From positions 28,892-92,891 of the forward strand of contig PLSR01000003.1 of NCBI GenBank assembly GCA_003164215.1: a stretch of 64,000 bases of DNA. Direction: 5' to 3'. The translations under genes and the position numbers were made by a program. Under the pieces are notes generated by a model. The model was not told the DNA's origin. It ran no database searches and saw only the letters and a list, made by a program, of their open reading frames with translations. Origin of the DNA: Candidatus Kaiserbacteria bacterium. GTDB taxonomy: Bacteria; Patescibacteriota; Minisyncoccia; Phycocordibacterales; UBA2100. Shown piece after piece: positions 19,448 through 28,929 of the stretch; the stretch's first letter is position 1, and each line of letters starts with the position of its first letter.

Positions 19448-21394
19448 CTACTGGATGACCGCTTTAATGCGACGAACACCCGCCGCGACAGCTTCTTCTT
19501 TTTGGATCTTGAATGTGCCGGCAAGTTCGCGCGTATTGGATACGTGCGGTCCGCCGCAAAATTCTATCGAGAATGCTTGATCGTACTGAGGGTTTGACTC
19601 ACTGGCGCTCGCTGGCCCGATCGAATACACAGAGACCATATCGGGATATTTCGCACCGAATTCATGTTCGGCGCCAAGCTTCTCAGCATCTTCCCTTGGA
19701 AGCGTGCTGCGGACGACGGGTAATGCCGCCTTGATCTCGTCGTTGACGATCTTCTCTACTTCAGCGATCTGATCCGGAGTCATTTTCACTGTGTGCGAGA
19801 AGTCGATGCGCAAACGTTCGCTCGTGATATTGCTTCCGCGTTGCTTGACGTGATCGCCGAGAACTATTTGCAACGCCTTCAGCAACAAGTGGTGCGCGGT
19901 ATGCAGACGCGTCGTCGCTTCGGAATGATCGGCCAGTCCCCCTTTGAATTTTTGTTCACTGCCCGCGCGGGAAAGCTCCTGATGACGCTTCATATGTTCT
20001 CGAAAACTTGCCTCGTCGACTCTGATGCCGCGCTCTTGCGCGATCTCCATCGTCATCTCGAATGGAAAACCGTATGTAGTGAATAGCATGAACGCCTGCT
20101 CACCGGAAATGGTCTTAGCATCTTGCGTAATTTTTTCGAATTCTTTCATTCCGGTCACGAGCGCATGACCGAATTGCTTCTCCTCTTTCCAAATTTCCGA
20201 AGTGATCGTCTCATACATCTCTTCTGCTGCCAGCTCGGGATACGCCTCTTTATATTTTTCAATAATGATCACGGCGCAGCGATTGAGCATGCTCTCCTCC
20301 TTCTGGTCGTTCTCCACGCCAAGTTTCTGCGCATGCTGTGCCGCACGGCGCAAAAGGCGACGCAAGACGTAGCCACGATCGGTATTGCTTGGTCGCACGC
20401 CATCGGCAAGCATGAATACAGAGGCGCGCATATGATCGGCGACGATCCGATAGGATCTTATCCACGCCACATCATCGTATGATCTGCCCGAGAAGTGGAC
20501 CAAGAGATCAATAACATCTTTGAATGCGTCGATCTGAAAAACGTCCGCATTATCATTGCTCGCCGCCGTAATACGTTCCAATCCCCCGCCGAAATCAACG
20601 TTTTGCTTCGGGAGGAGTCCGAAGGAGCCATCCTCTTTTTTAAGGTATTGCATGAAGACCGAATTACCGATCTCCATGAATCGCCCGCAATCACAATTCG
20701 GATGACAATTTGGCCCATAGGCCTCATCATGCGGCAGTCCAAAGTCATAAAAGACCTCACTATCGGGGCCGCCCGGCTCACCCGCCGGCATTTTGTCCGG
20801 CGTGCCGGCACGGCTCCACCAATTTTTCTTCGCTTCGTAATAGAAAATGCGTCCGCCTTGCATGCCTTTCTCATAGCCGTCAGCCTCGGAACCGATCTCA
20901 ACGGTCTTTGCTTCGATCCCTTTGCCAGCGAATAACTCCTTCCAGATGTCGGTCGCCTCAGTATCGCGCGGCAAAATATTTTTTTCATCGCCCATGAATG
21001 CCGTCACATAGAGCATGTTCGGGTCGATACCGATCTCATCCGTCAAAAACTCGAAGAACCATTTCAGCTGCTCCTTCTTGAAATAATCGCCCAGTGACCA
21101 GTTACCGAGCATCTCGAAGAACGTTGTATGACGGTTGTCACCAACTTCTTCGATGTCTTCCGCGCGAAAGCTCTTTTGACTGTCGACGAGACGGCTCCCC
21201 TTCGGATGTGCTTCTCCGAGAAGATACGGCAAAAGCGGCTGCATGCCGCTGCCAGTGAAAAGCGTTGTTGGATCATTCTGTGGTACCAGGGGCGCCGACG
21301 GGATCTCTACGTGTCCGCGCGCCTTGAAATACTCAAAATATTTTGTACGAACATCGTTAACATTCATGGCGCTCAGCGTATCGTATTTTGCCAA
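19448..21394 (-). CDS. alaS: alanyl-tRNA synthetase, short form (catalytic, tRNA-recognition and editing domains; lacks C-Ala domain)
   Basis: 648 aa; class II AlaRS N-terminus (FTGSGMQP...); editing-domain H..H and C..H motifs. Confidence 0.9.
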   Translation of the reverse strand: MAKYDTLSAMNVNDVRTKYFEYFKARGHVEIPSAPLVPQNDPTTLFTGSGMQPLLPYLLGEAHPKGSRLVDSQKSFRAEDIEEVGDNRHTTFFEMLGNWSLGDYFKKEQLKWFFEFLTDEIGIDPNMLYVTAFMGDEKNILPRDTEATDIWKELFAGKGIEAKTVEIGSEADGYEKGMQGGRIFYYEAKKNWWSRAGTPDKMPAGEPGGPDSEVFYDFGLPHDEAYGPNCHPNCDCGRFMEIGNSVFMQYLKKEDGSFGLLPKQNVDFGGGLERITAASNDNADVFQIDAFKDVIDLLVHFSGRSYDDVAWIRSYRIVADHMRASVFMLADGVRPSNTDRGYVLRRLLRRAAQHAQKLGVENDQKEESMLNRCAVIIIEKYKEAYPELAAEEMYETITSEIWKEEKQFGHALVTGMKEFEKITQDAKTISGEQAFMLFTTYGFPFEMTMEIAQERGIRVDEASFREHMKRHQELSRAGSEQKFKGGLADHSEATTRLHTAHHLLLKALQIVLGDHVKQRGSNITSERLRIDFSHTVKMTPDQIAEVEKIVNDEIKAALPVVRSTLPREDAEKLGAEHEFGAKYPDMVSVYSIGPASASESNPQYDQAFSIEFCGGPHVSNTRELAGTFKIQKEEAVAAGVRRIKAVIQ

Positions 21395-21414
21395 TGTTGG
21401 AAAGTGAAGCCTTC

Positions 21415-22680
21415 CTATTCTTTGGGTATAGGACCCGCCGCTGATTCTGAAAGATCACCAGAGATCAAATACTTTTTCAATGCCGCATTGACTTGCCGCG
21501 CAGTGACCGTAAGAACGCGTTGCGGGAAGTCATCCAGCCACGAGGGTGTATGTCCTTCGATCGTAATATCATGCGCCGCGCGTGCGAGATCGCCTGAATT
21601 CGCGAGCGTGACGCGCGAGCGCGCCTCATACATCGTGCGATGTTTTTTCACCTCGATATCCGTAGCGCCATTATCAACGATCAAGCGAACTTCACGCATC
21701 ACGGCCGTCCTTCCGCGCTCATATAGTTGCGGTGCGAATGTCGCCCATACGCAGATATATCCATCCGCGGATGAAAATCCGGCCGGATATGCATAAACGC
21801 CGTACGTTAAGCCCTCGACTTCGCGAACGGTTTTCATCAGACGACCGGTAAAACCACTTCGATTACCGAGGATCTGTAGGCCAAGCATAAGCGCAGGATA
21901 ATCGACGTAATCTTTCGTGATCCCTGTCGCGATCCCAAGCATATAATCGATGCTTGCCTTATCTTCAATGTGAACTGCAATTGACTGGGTGGTACGACGC
22001 TCGGCAGGTGCGAACGATGGAATTTTGATATCTGCCTTCGGTAGTTTCGCGAACGATGACTCGATCACCCGAAGAAGCTCCAATCCGTTCATACTTCCCG
22101 TCGCAGAAATGACAAGAGAATTCCCATCGATCGCGCGCGCATGGAATTTTACGAGATCGGATCGCGATATCTTTGAAAGCTGAGTACGTGAATCTTCGGT
22201 TGATGTTTGATAATTCGGATGCTCTGGGTCGTATAAGAGATGTGAGAGATTGATCCCCGCTTGCGCGCGCGTGTCCTGGCCTTCAAGGGAAAGTTCCGCT
22301 GTCGTGCGCTCCTTGAGAATGGCAAGTTCGCGGGTCGGAAATGAAGGCTCACGCAACACTTCAGTTATGAGCATGAGCAAGTTTTTGAGATACGCGTCGC
22401 GAACATGTGCGCTGAAGCTCAGACGGTCGCGCTCGACGGTGAATGAAAGCGACGCTCCCATCGAATCCAATGCAATCTGAATCGCGGTCTTATTCCTTTT
22501 TTTTGTCCCTTCCAAAAGCATCGCTGCGTGCATTTGTGCCAACATGTCACTACCCGCCAGTCGCGCTCCGCCTGCAACGCTACCGACGATCGACACCATG
22601 CCGTGCGACGGGAACGAAGATATGAGCGCGGTGCCACCCGTGCGAAGCTTTAGTACTTTTATACGTTTTGCGTAGCTCAT
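21415..22680 (-). CDS. M16-family peptidase subunit (probably non-catalytic partner)
   Basis: 421 aa; insulinase-like fold without the HxxEH motif; overlaps the upstream M16 gene by 4 nt. Confidence 0.75.
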   Translation of the reverse strand: MSYAKRIKVLKLRTGGTALISSFPSHGMVSIVGSVAGGARLAGSDMLAQMHAAMLLEGTKKRNKTAIQIALDSMGASLSFTVERDRLSFSAHVRDAYLKNLLMLITEVLREPSFPTRELAILKERTTAELSLEGQDTRAQAGINLSHLLYDPEHPNYQTSTEDSRTQLSKISRSDLVKFHARAIDGNSLVISATGSMNGLELLRVIESSFAKLPKADIKIPSFAPAERRTTQSIAVHIEDKASIDYMLGIATGITKDYVDYPALMLGLQILGNRSGFTGRLMKTVREVEGLTYGVYAYPAGFSSADGYICVWATFAPQLYERGRTAVMREVRLIVDNGATDIEVKKHRTMYEARSRVTLANSGDLARAAHDITIEGHTPSWLDDFPQRVLTVTARQVNAALKKYLISGDLSESAAGPIPKE

Positions 22681-23987
22681 ATCGTCGTTTTCGTTTGAGA
22701 TGATAACGTATCAAAAAGTATTCCCGCAGTTTCGTTCGAGGTTGAAAGATACTTCTTGGCGACTTTATTAACCTCGGAGACTTTCATCTTCTTCACACGG
22801 TCCTCAAATGTATACCCGAGCGTCCAGTCTCCGGCGGCGACGGATTCAGAGACGGAGCGAATCTCACTGAATATACCATCATGTTCGTCAGCGATCTGCG
22901 AGAGTATGCGCTCCCGCGCACGAGTGAGCTCAGCAGAAAGGATCCCTTTTCGTGCTACCGCCTGCAGCTCCCGCCGCATGATATCGAGCACGCGTTTCGG
23001 TTTGACATTCTTACCGACCGTCGCAGTGAATGACATCGTCCCAGGATCATAGAGCGGAAACACTGCGGTGTGGATCTCTGCGGCAAGTCCCTTGTCGACA
23101 ATGCGTTTCTGCAATCTGCTGGAGAATCCGCCGGCGAGGATTGTGGCAAGCATGAAGATCGGAACAAAGTCCGAGTCTGTCGCGCGCGGCGCTTTGTAGG
23201 CGAGCGTCGCGATAGATACGCCGGCGGGTTTGCGTATCTCACACGAATGCGGCTCCATCTGCACCGGCTCGATGATCGTCATTACAGGAATCGAATGTGG
23301 TGAGCTTGAGATCGAGCCAAAATTCTTTATAACGAGATGCTCGAGCTCGTCCGGAGAGACGTCACCGAAAACGGCCAAAGTCGCGTTATTGGGCCAGTAA
23401 AATTGATCATAAAATTCGCGTAATTTCGCGGCAGTTGATCCCTCGATATCTTCTTTGAGACCGATCGTCGGGATACGATACGGATGAGTCGTGAAGGCTG
23501 TCGACATGACCGCTTCGTCGAGGATCTCATAGGGATTATTGCGAGAACGCTCGAACTCATTTCGCACCACCGTCATTTCGGAAGCGAGATCTGCATCATT
23601 GAATAGCGATCCGCGCATGCGGTCGGCTTCCATCGCGATCGCCTCGCCAACGCGCTCCGCAGGCAATAGTTCAAAATAATTCGTGCGGTCGAGCCACGTG
23701 GTGGCATTCATCAATGCCCCCATCCATTCGAGATGATCAGTGATCGAATTCCCTTTTGCCTTACTGTAATGTTTCGAATCCTTGAAAAGCAGGTGTTCGA
23801 GAATGTGCGTCGCACCAGTGTGCCCTGTAGCTTCATTGCGGCTTCCCACATGGAAGGTCACGCAGAGCGCCGCGATTGGTAGCGTTGTATCGCGTTTATA
23901 CAGCGCGCGCAGCCCATTCGATAGAGCGTATTCGGTGATCCCGTAGGCAGTGCGGACTTTTTTGAGCGTCGCCTTCATAGCGACCAA
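22677..23987 (-). CDS. M16-family zinc peptidase (catalytic subunit)
   Basis: 436 aa; inverted zinc-binding motif HILEHLLF (HxxEH). Confidence 0.8.
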   Translation of the reverse strand: MVAMKATLKKVRTAYGITEYALSNGLRALYKRDTTLPIAALCVTFHVGSRNEATGHTGATHILEHLLFKDSKHYSKAKGNSITDHLEWMGALMNATTWLDRTNYFELLPAERVGEAIAMEADRMRGSLFNDADLASEMTVVRNEFERSRNNPYEILDEAVMSTAFTTHPYRIPTIGLKEDIEGSTAAKLREFYDQFYWPNNATLAVFGDVSPDELEHLVIKNFGSISSSPHSIPVMTIIEPVQMEPHSCEIRKPAGVSIATLAYKAPRATDSDFVPIFMLATILAGGFSSRLQKRIVDKGLAAEIHTAVFPLYDPGTMSFTATVGKNVKPKRVLDIMRRELQAVARKGILSAELTRARERILSQIADEHDGIFSEIRSVSESVAAGDWTLGYTFEDRVKKMKVSEVNKVAKKYLSTSNETAGILFDTLSSQTKTTI

Positions 23988-24001
23988 GAATAGCCTACTT
24001 T

Positions 24002-24682
24002 TTACAGCCAGTCGATAGGCTTTTTATGGTGCGATTCGAGATACGCGTTCACGCGACTGAAATGCTTATTGCCGAAAAATCCATAATGAGCGGAGAACGG
24101 CGACGGATGTGCCGACTCCAGTACGAGATGTTTCGTTCGATCGATGTGCTCGCCTTTTGCTTTCGCGTAATTGCCCCACAACATGAAGACGAGATTTTCG
24201 CGCTCATCGGAAAGCACTTTGATCGCCGCATCGGTGAATTGTTCCCATCCCTTACCTTGATGTGATCCGGCATGGTGTGCATCGACGGTCAGCGTTGCGT
24301 TCAGTAAAAGAACTCCTTGCTTCGCCCATCGTTCCAAGTCACCCGTACGATGGATCATCGGTCGAGAAAGATCGCTCTCGATCTCTTTAAATATATTTTG
24401 AAGGGAAGGCGGGAGATTGATGCCATCGCCCACTGCAAAGCACAGACCGTTGGCCTGCTTCGGTCCGTGATACGGATCCTGACCGAGAATGACCACTTCG
24501 ACATCATCGAAGGGGCAGAGATCGAAGGCACGAAAAATGTTCTTCGGCGACGGATATACGATCGCATTTTGATACCGTTCACGAACGAACGAGGTCAGTT
24601 CTTGAAAATACGGCTGTTTGAATTCTCCGTGCAAATGCGCTAGCCACGACGGATCGATCTTAACCTCTTTGGTGTCGCCCAT
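24002..24682 (-). CDS. ung: uracil-DNA glycosylase, family 1
   Basis: ORF trimmed to internal Met; GQDPYHGP water-activating motif and HPSPLS-like C-terminal motif. Confidence 0.85.
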   Translation of the reverse strand: MGDTKEVKIDPSWLAHLHGEFKQPYFQELTSFVRERYQNAIVYPSPKNIFRAFDLCPFDDVEVVILGQDPYHGPKQANGLCFAVGDGINLPPSLQNIFKEIESDLSRPMIHRTGDLERWAKQGVLLLNATLTVDAHHAGSHQGKGWEQFTDAAIKVLSDERENLVFMLWGNYAKAKGEHIDRTKHLVLESAHPSPFSAHYGFFGNKHFSRVNAYLESHHKKPIDWL

Positions 24683-24692
24683 GCAGCGCATC

Positions 24693-24947
24693 TTACAACG
24701 CGCCTTCTGCCTTGAGAATCGCCTTCTTACGAAGCGCACCTCCGCGATTGTAGCTGCCGAACGAGCCATCACTTTTGATGACACGGTGGCACGGTATATC
24801 CGGATCGAAATTCGTTCGCATAATTGCCCCGACCGCGCGAGCGGCTTTCTCATTGCCGGCTTTTTTTGCAACTTCCTTATACGTCATTGTCTTCCCTTTC
24901 GGAATTTTCCTGACGACATCTCTGACCTTGTCTGCGAAGGTTTTCAT
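24693..24947 (-). CDS. minimal O6-alkylguanine-DNA alkyltransferase (MGMT C-terminal domain only)
   Basis: 84 aa; PCHRV active-site motif with the cysteine retained, so a potentially active transferase rather than an ATL. Confidence 0.7.
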   Translation of the reverse strand: MKTFADKVRDVVRKIPKGKTMTYKEVAKKAGNEKAARAVGAIMRTNFDPDIPCHRVIKSDGSFGSYNRGGALRKKAILKAEGAL

Positions 24948-25744
24948 ATCGCGAGTGTACCATTCGTCCCTATTTTAGCCTTGGCAGCCTGCGCTTGGAG
25001 CGCCTTCCCTGCTGCTTCGCGATAGTGGCAGTAGTCGCAGTCCTCGCCAGCTGGAGGGATTTGTTCCGAATCAAGGCACGCCTTCAATTCGACAAGAGCA
25101 CCGTCGATCCAGTCGGTCGAACCTTTGTACGGCACGAGCGTCAATTCAAAATCGAGACGTCCATCGAATGCGTCACGATCTTTTGTCGCATTCGCGTAGA
25201 ACCAGTACCCGGTATCAGAGACCATGAATCCATTCTGACGCAAGAGCCATTGATAGATTTCGATCTGACGCTTGTACCCGCGGTGCCACTCTTCATCGAG
25301 GCTTTCGATCTTCCCATCTTTGCTTGTCGCCTTGTAATCGATCACGATCAGTTCGCCGTCTTTGTTTACCCAAATATCGTCGACACCGCCACGTACCGTG
25401 AGGCCGGTCGCTTTGTGAACGAATTTAACGCCTTGATTCAACGCGTTGCGCCACTCATCCATTCGCTCGTGCGCGAACGGTATGGCGTCGAGACCGTATG
25501 CCTTCGCGAGCGGATGCTGCGTACCGTTCGCGCGGTGCGTGTCGAGCTCTTTCTTTAAGAGCGCATCGACCGCCGAGTTAAGATTGAATGGATAGCCGGG
25601 CGGACGGGCGGTGCCGAGTTTGTTGTCGATATAAAAACAGCGCTGGCACTCCATGAAAAGATCGATCTTCGAACGCGAGAGCGTCCACTTTGATCCCCCG
25701 TAGCACCAGTCGGGATTGCGCTTGGGCTTATAGAAATCGCTCAT
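24944..25744 (-). CDS. PD-(D/E)XK nuclease, Cas4/RecB-like (DUF83-type) with Cys cluster
   Basis: 266 aa; DIWVNKDGELIVIDYK (D..ExK-like) nuclease core; N-terminal C..C and C-terminal C...CDYC cysteines suggesting an Fe-S cluster. Confidence 0.65.
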   Translation of the reverse strand: MSDFYKPKRNPDWCYGGSKWTLSRSKIDLFMECQRCFYIDNKLGTARPPGYPFNLNSAVDALLKKELDTHRANGTQHPLAKAYGLDAIPFAHERMDEWRNALNQGVKFVHKATGLTVRGGVDDIWVNKDGELIVIDYKATSKDGKIESLDEEWHRGYKRQIEIYQWLLRQNGFMVSDTGYWFYANATKDRDAFDGRLDFELTLVPYKGSTDWIDGALVELKACLDSEQIPPAGEDCDYCHYREAAGKALQAQAAKAKIGTNGTLAI

Positions 25745-25757
25745 ACGGCCCAGTATA

Positions 25758-26588
25758 TCAGATACCGCTCAAGAGCTTCGCTTCTTCGATCACTTTTGGA
25801 ATCCGATCGGGCTTCACACCGTATTCCTGAAGGATATGCGGCGCTTGGATCTGCTTACAGAGAACGATCTTCTGATCAAGGAGACGGCGTTTCTCACCAT
25901 CCGTCAGGGTCGTGAGACACGTGAGCGGGTGTACGCCGGCCTCTTCAATGAGATTTAAAAGGCCGCGTGTGCGCGGATAATCCCAACCGATGATGCGAAG
26001 GTTGGAACATTGCGCATAGCGGATCGCATTGCGAGTGAATCGCGTATTGGTGATGAGGCAGCCTTCATCGACCCGAGAGCTCGCTTCCGGCGCTTGTCGC
26101 AGATCGTCATAGCGAGCCTTCACATAGAGCGCGTCTTTGATGTCGGTCTTTCCACCGGGATCGTTATGAAATTTCGCCTCAATGCCGACACGATTCCCAT
26201 CTTTTTCCATGAGAACGTCGATCTCGTGCGTCACGCAGCGCCCCATCAAGGTGACATCGGTTCGTACGCTCCAACCATGCCCGCGAAATACTTCAGCGAG
26301 AAAACGTTCGAACGGAAATCCGGAGGGGCCAAGCGCGAAGACCGCGCGCTTCATCGAATAGCGAGCGGCGACCGGCGGCTTTTCTTCTTGCTTGAGTATA
26401 TCGAACGCGTGTCGATAAATTTCTTCCGTCATTATGCCGGGATGCAGGTCGTGCAGTACGCGCGCGACCACCTTCGCGCGCATCGTTGACGTCGCACCCG
26501 CGTGAGCGAGCGAGTGCTCTAATTTCGCCGGGTCGAAGAGCTCAAGCTGGCCGTCGGCTTTGGTGATCGAGATCTGATCCATGAGCAT
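25758..26588 (-). CDS. ATP-cone domain fused to Mrr-like restriction endonuclease catalytic domain
   Basis: 276 aa; N-terminal ATP-cone-like segment (ISITKADGQLELFDPAKLEHSL...); C-terminal Mrr_cat-like D...E.K (HEIDVLMEK...GIEAKFH). Confidence 0.6.
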   Translation of the reverse strand: MLMDQISITKADGQLELFDPAKLEHSLAHAGATSTMRAKVVARVLHDLHPGIMTEEIYRHAFDILKQEEKPPVAARYSMKRAVFALGPSGFPFERFLAEVFRGHGWSVRTDVTLMGRCVTHEIDVLMEKDGNRVGIEAKFHNDPGGKTDIKDALYVKARYDDLRQAPEASSRVDEGCLITNTRFTRNAIRYAQCSNLRIIGWDYPRTRGLLNLIEEAGVHPLTCLTTLTDGEKRRLLDQKIVLCKQIQAPHILQEYGVKPDRIPKVIEEAKLLSGI

Positions 26589-26661
26589 TCATTGTAACGT
26601 GCCGATGAAGCGTTCGTACCTTGCTATGCACATATTTGTGAAACACGGGATTCTTGATCCG

Positions 26662-27726
26662 TTATTTTTTTGATTCATCGATCACTCCGCCTCCGAGACA
26701 CAAGTCGCCATCATAAAGCACGAGTGATTGACCGGGCGACGCGATATGCGGCGTGTTGAATACACATCGGATCCCACCGTCGGCCTCGGAGATCTCTGCT
26801 CCGACCGGCATTTCGTGATACCGAGTTTGCACTTCGCAACGGTGTGGAAGCGTCGGAGTCACTCCGATCCAATGCATATCCGATATCTCCGCTGATCTTC
26901 GCGCCGCGTCTTGGCGGTTCATCGACACGGTCAGTGTGTTGGCATCGGTATCGACGTCAACGATGAAATGTGCGGCACCAGACGAGCTATCTGTGATAGT
27001 GAACCCGTGCCGCTGCCCGATCGTATACAGTGCCGCCCCGTCATGCCCCCCAATGGTCTTTCCGTTCACATCGAGTACATTTCCGGGATCGACCGTAATG
27101 TATCTGCGCAGAAAATCCCGCATCGAAACATCGCCGACAAAACATAATCCCTGACTATCGGGTTTCTCGCTGACCGGTAATCCAAAACGACGCGCCTCGT
27201 TGCGCACAGCGGGTTTTTTTATACCACCGATCGGGAACATGATCTTCGTCAGATCTTCCGAAGACGCACGGTACAAAAAATATGACTGGTCTTTCGCAGG
27301 ATCAATTCCACGCAGGAGATCGGTGCGCGACCCATCCTTGCGAGATGCTTGTGTGCGGGCATAGTGTCCTGTCGCGATTGCATCTGCACCCTCCGCGAGC
27401 GCCCACCTCAGGAACGAGCCGAACTTAATGCGTTCGTTGCAAAGGACGTCTGGATTCGGGGTGATACCGCGACGGTAGTCGGCGATCATGGAATCGATCA
27501 CCTGCCGCTTATATTCCTCTGAAAGATCGACCTCGCGAAATGGAATTGAAAGAGCGGCGCAAACACGCATCGCGTCGAGGCGATCTTCGCGCCATGTGCA
27601 TTCAATGAACTCCGGCTGCCAGATCCTGATGAAAACACCGGTCACATCATATCCCTGCTCTTTTAACAATGCTGCAGACGTCCCTGAATCCACGCCACCC
27701 GAAAGCCCAACAAAAACCTTTTGCAT
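26662..27726 (-). CDS. mnmA: tRNA-specific 2-thiouridylase MnmA
   Basis: PP-loop VGLSGGVDSG; start set to internal Met (MQKVFVGLSGG), since the 16 upstream codons of the ORF lie inside an inverted repeat. Confidence 0.85.
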   Translation of the reverse strand: MQKVFVGLSGGVDSGTSAALLKEQGYDVTGVFIRIWQPEFIECTWREDRLDAMRVCAALSIPFREVDLSEEYKRQVIDSMIADYRRGITPNPDVLCNERIKFGSFLRWALAEGADAIATGHYARTQASRKDGSRTDLLRGIDPAKDQSYFLYRASSEDLTKIMFPIGGIKKPAVRNEARRFGLPVSEKPDSQGLCFVGDVSMRDFLRRYITVDPGNVLDVNGKTIGGHDGAALYTIGQRHGFTITDSSSGAAHFIVDVDTDANTLTVSMNRQDAARRSAEISDMHWIGVTPTLPHRCEVQTRYHEMPVGAEISEADGGIRCVFNTPHIASPGQSLVLYDGDLCLGGGVIDESKK

Positions 27727-27745
27727 GTTGCCACAATACAACAAG

Positions 27746-27870
27746 GAGCTGTGGCATGCACTGTTTTGGAGCATCGCCTAACGAGTCAGAAATTCAGTAG
27801 CTAGTCCGTCGCAAGACAAAAGATCTCACGCCGCTCAATCGTCGCTCCAAAACAGTGCATGCCACAGCTC
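27746..27870. repeat. 125-bp element with perfect 27-bp terminal inverted repeats (MITE-like / long stem-loop)
   Basis: GAGCTGTGGCATGCACTGTTTTGGAGC at 27746-27772 is the exact reverse complement of 27844-27870; 71-nt spacer; sits between the mltG stop and the mnmA start. Confidence 0.6.
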
Positions 27871-27879
27871 TACACCACG

Positions 27880-28923
27880 TCACTTCCCCAAATATTCCCG
27901 TTCATTCGCCTGCTGACATGCATATGTCGCACAGTAGTGCGTGACGCCACTGCTGTCGGCAAGATAATACAAATAGTTACTTTTGATCGGCGTTACGGTG
28001 GCGAGCAATGAGTTAAGCGAGGGGCTTCCGATCGGGCCGGGCGGCAAACCCTTGTGCGTATAGGTGTTATACGAGGACTGACTTTTGAGATCGGTCATCG
28101 TGAGCTGTGAGTCCGCCTTCGGAAGCGTGTATTGCAACGTCACATCGGTCTGAAGCGGCATGCCTCGTGCGATGCGGTTCCACAGAACGCCCGCGATCAT
28201 CTGTCGGTCCTGCATATTATTAGCCTCACGTTCCGTGATCGACGCCATGATGACATCATCGGAGAGCGGTCTTCCAAAAGCTTCGATCTGAGATTGGATC
28301 GTTGCAACGTGCAGGTCAAAATCCTGACGCATTGATTCAATGACCGTGTTCTCATTCGCATTGGGTAGAAAATAGTAGGTGTCAGGGAACAAATATCCTT
28401 CGAGCGGAGTCGCTTGAGCGAGGAAATTTTGGGCGTTGAAATCCTGCAATTCGATCGAAAAGATCGTCGCCATTTGTCGCACCGTCTCCCCCTCACTGAT
28501 CCTGATCTTGAGGGGTTCAAGACCGAACGCGCCAATACCTATCGTGCGCGCAACATGAAATACATCGAGCGGTTCCGTAAAAATATAATCCCCCGCATGT
28601 AGATCGCGTTCATGCCCGAGAAGTGTCGCCATAACGCGGAACGTAAAGGCGGATCGGACGACCCCGTCTTGTTGGAGGATCTCGCTGACTGCTCTGCCGG
28701 ATTGCCCTGCCGGTATAGTAATGATCTTTTGCAGCGGAAAATTATCCGGTGGGCGGACCAAATAAAGATATGCATAGATCGAGAGCAGTCCGAGGATCAA
28801 TATGATCAGAACGGTGCGCCGGTTGGCGTTCTCGCGCCAACGGCCTGATAATGAGCGTTCAAGCCCGTCAAGATACGCAAGGATCTGCGTGACAAAGTTG
28901 TCCGATGATGGATCCATAGACAT
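27880..28923 (-). CDS. mltG: endolytic murein transglycosylase MltG (YceG family)
   Basis: 347 aa; N-terminal TM anchor and YceG-like C-terminal domain (..YYLADSSGVTHYCATY..). Confidence 0.8.
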   Translation of the reverse strand: MSMDPSSDNFVTQILAYLDGLERSLSGRWRENANRRTVLIILILGLLSIYAYLYLVRPPDNFPLQKIITIPAGQSGRAVSEILQQDGVVRSAFTFRVMATLLGHERDLHAGDYIFTEPLDVFHVARTIGIGAFGLEPLKIRISEGETVRQMATIFSIELQDFNAQNFLAQATPLEGYLFPDTYYFLPNANENTVIESMRQDFDLHVATIQSQIEAFGRPLSDDVIMASITEREANNMQDRQMIAGVLWNRIARGMPLQTDVTLQYTLPKADSQLTMTDLKSQSSYNTYTHKGLPPGPIGSPSLNSLLATVTPIKSNYLYYLADSSGVTHYCATYACQQANEREYLGK

Positions 28924-28929
28924 ATCGAA

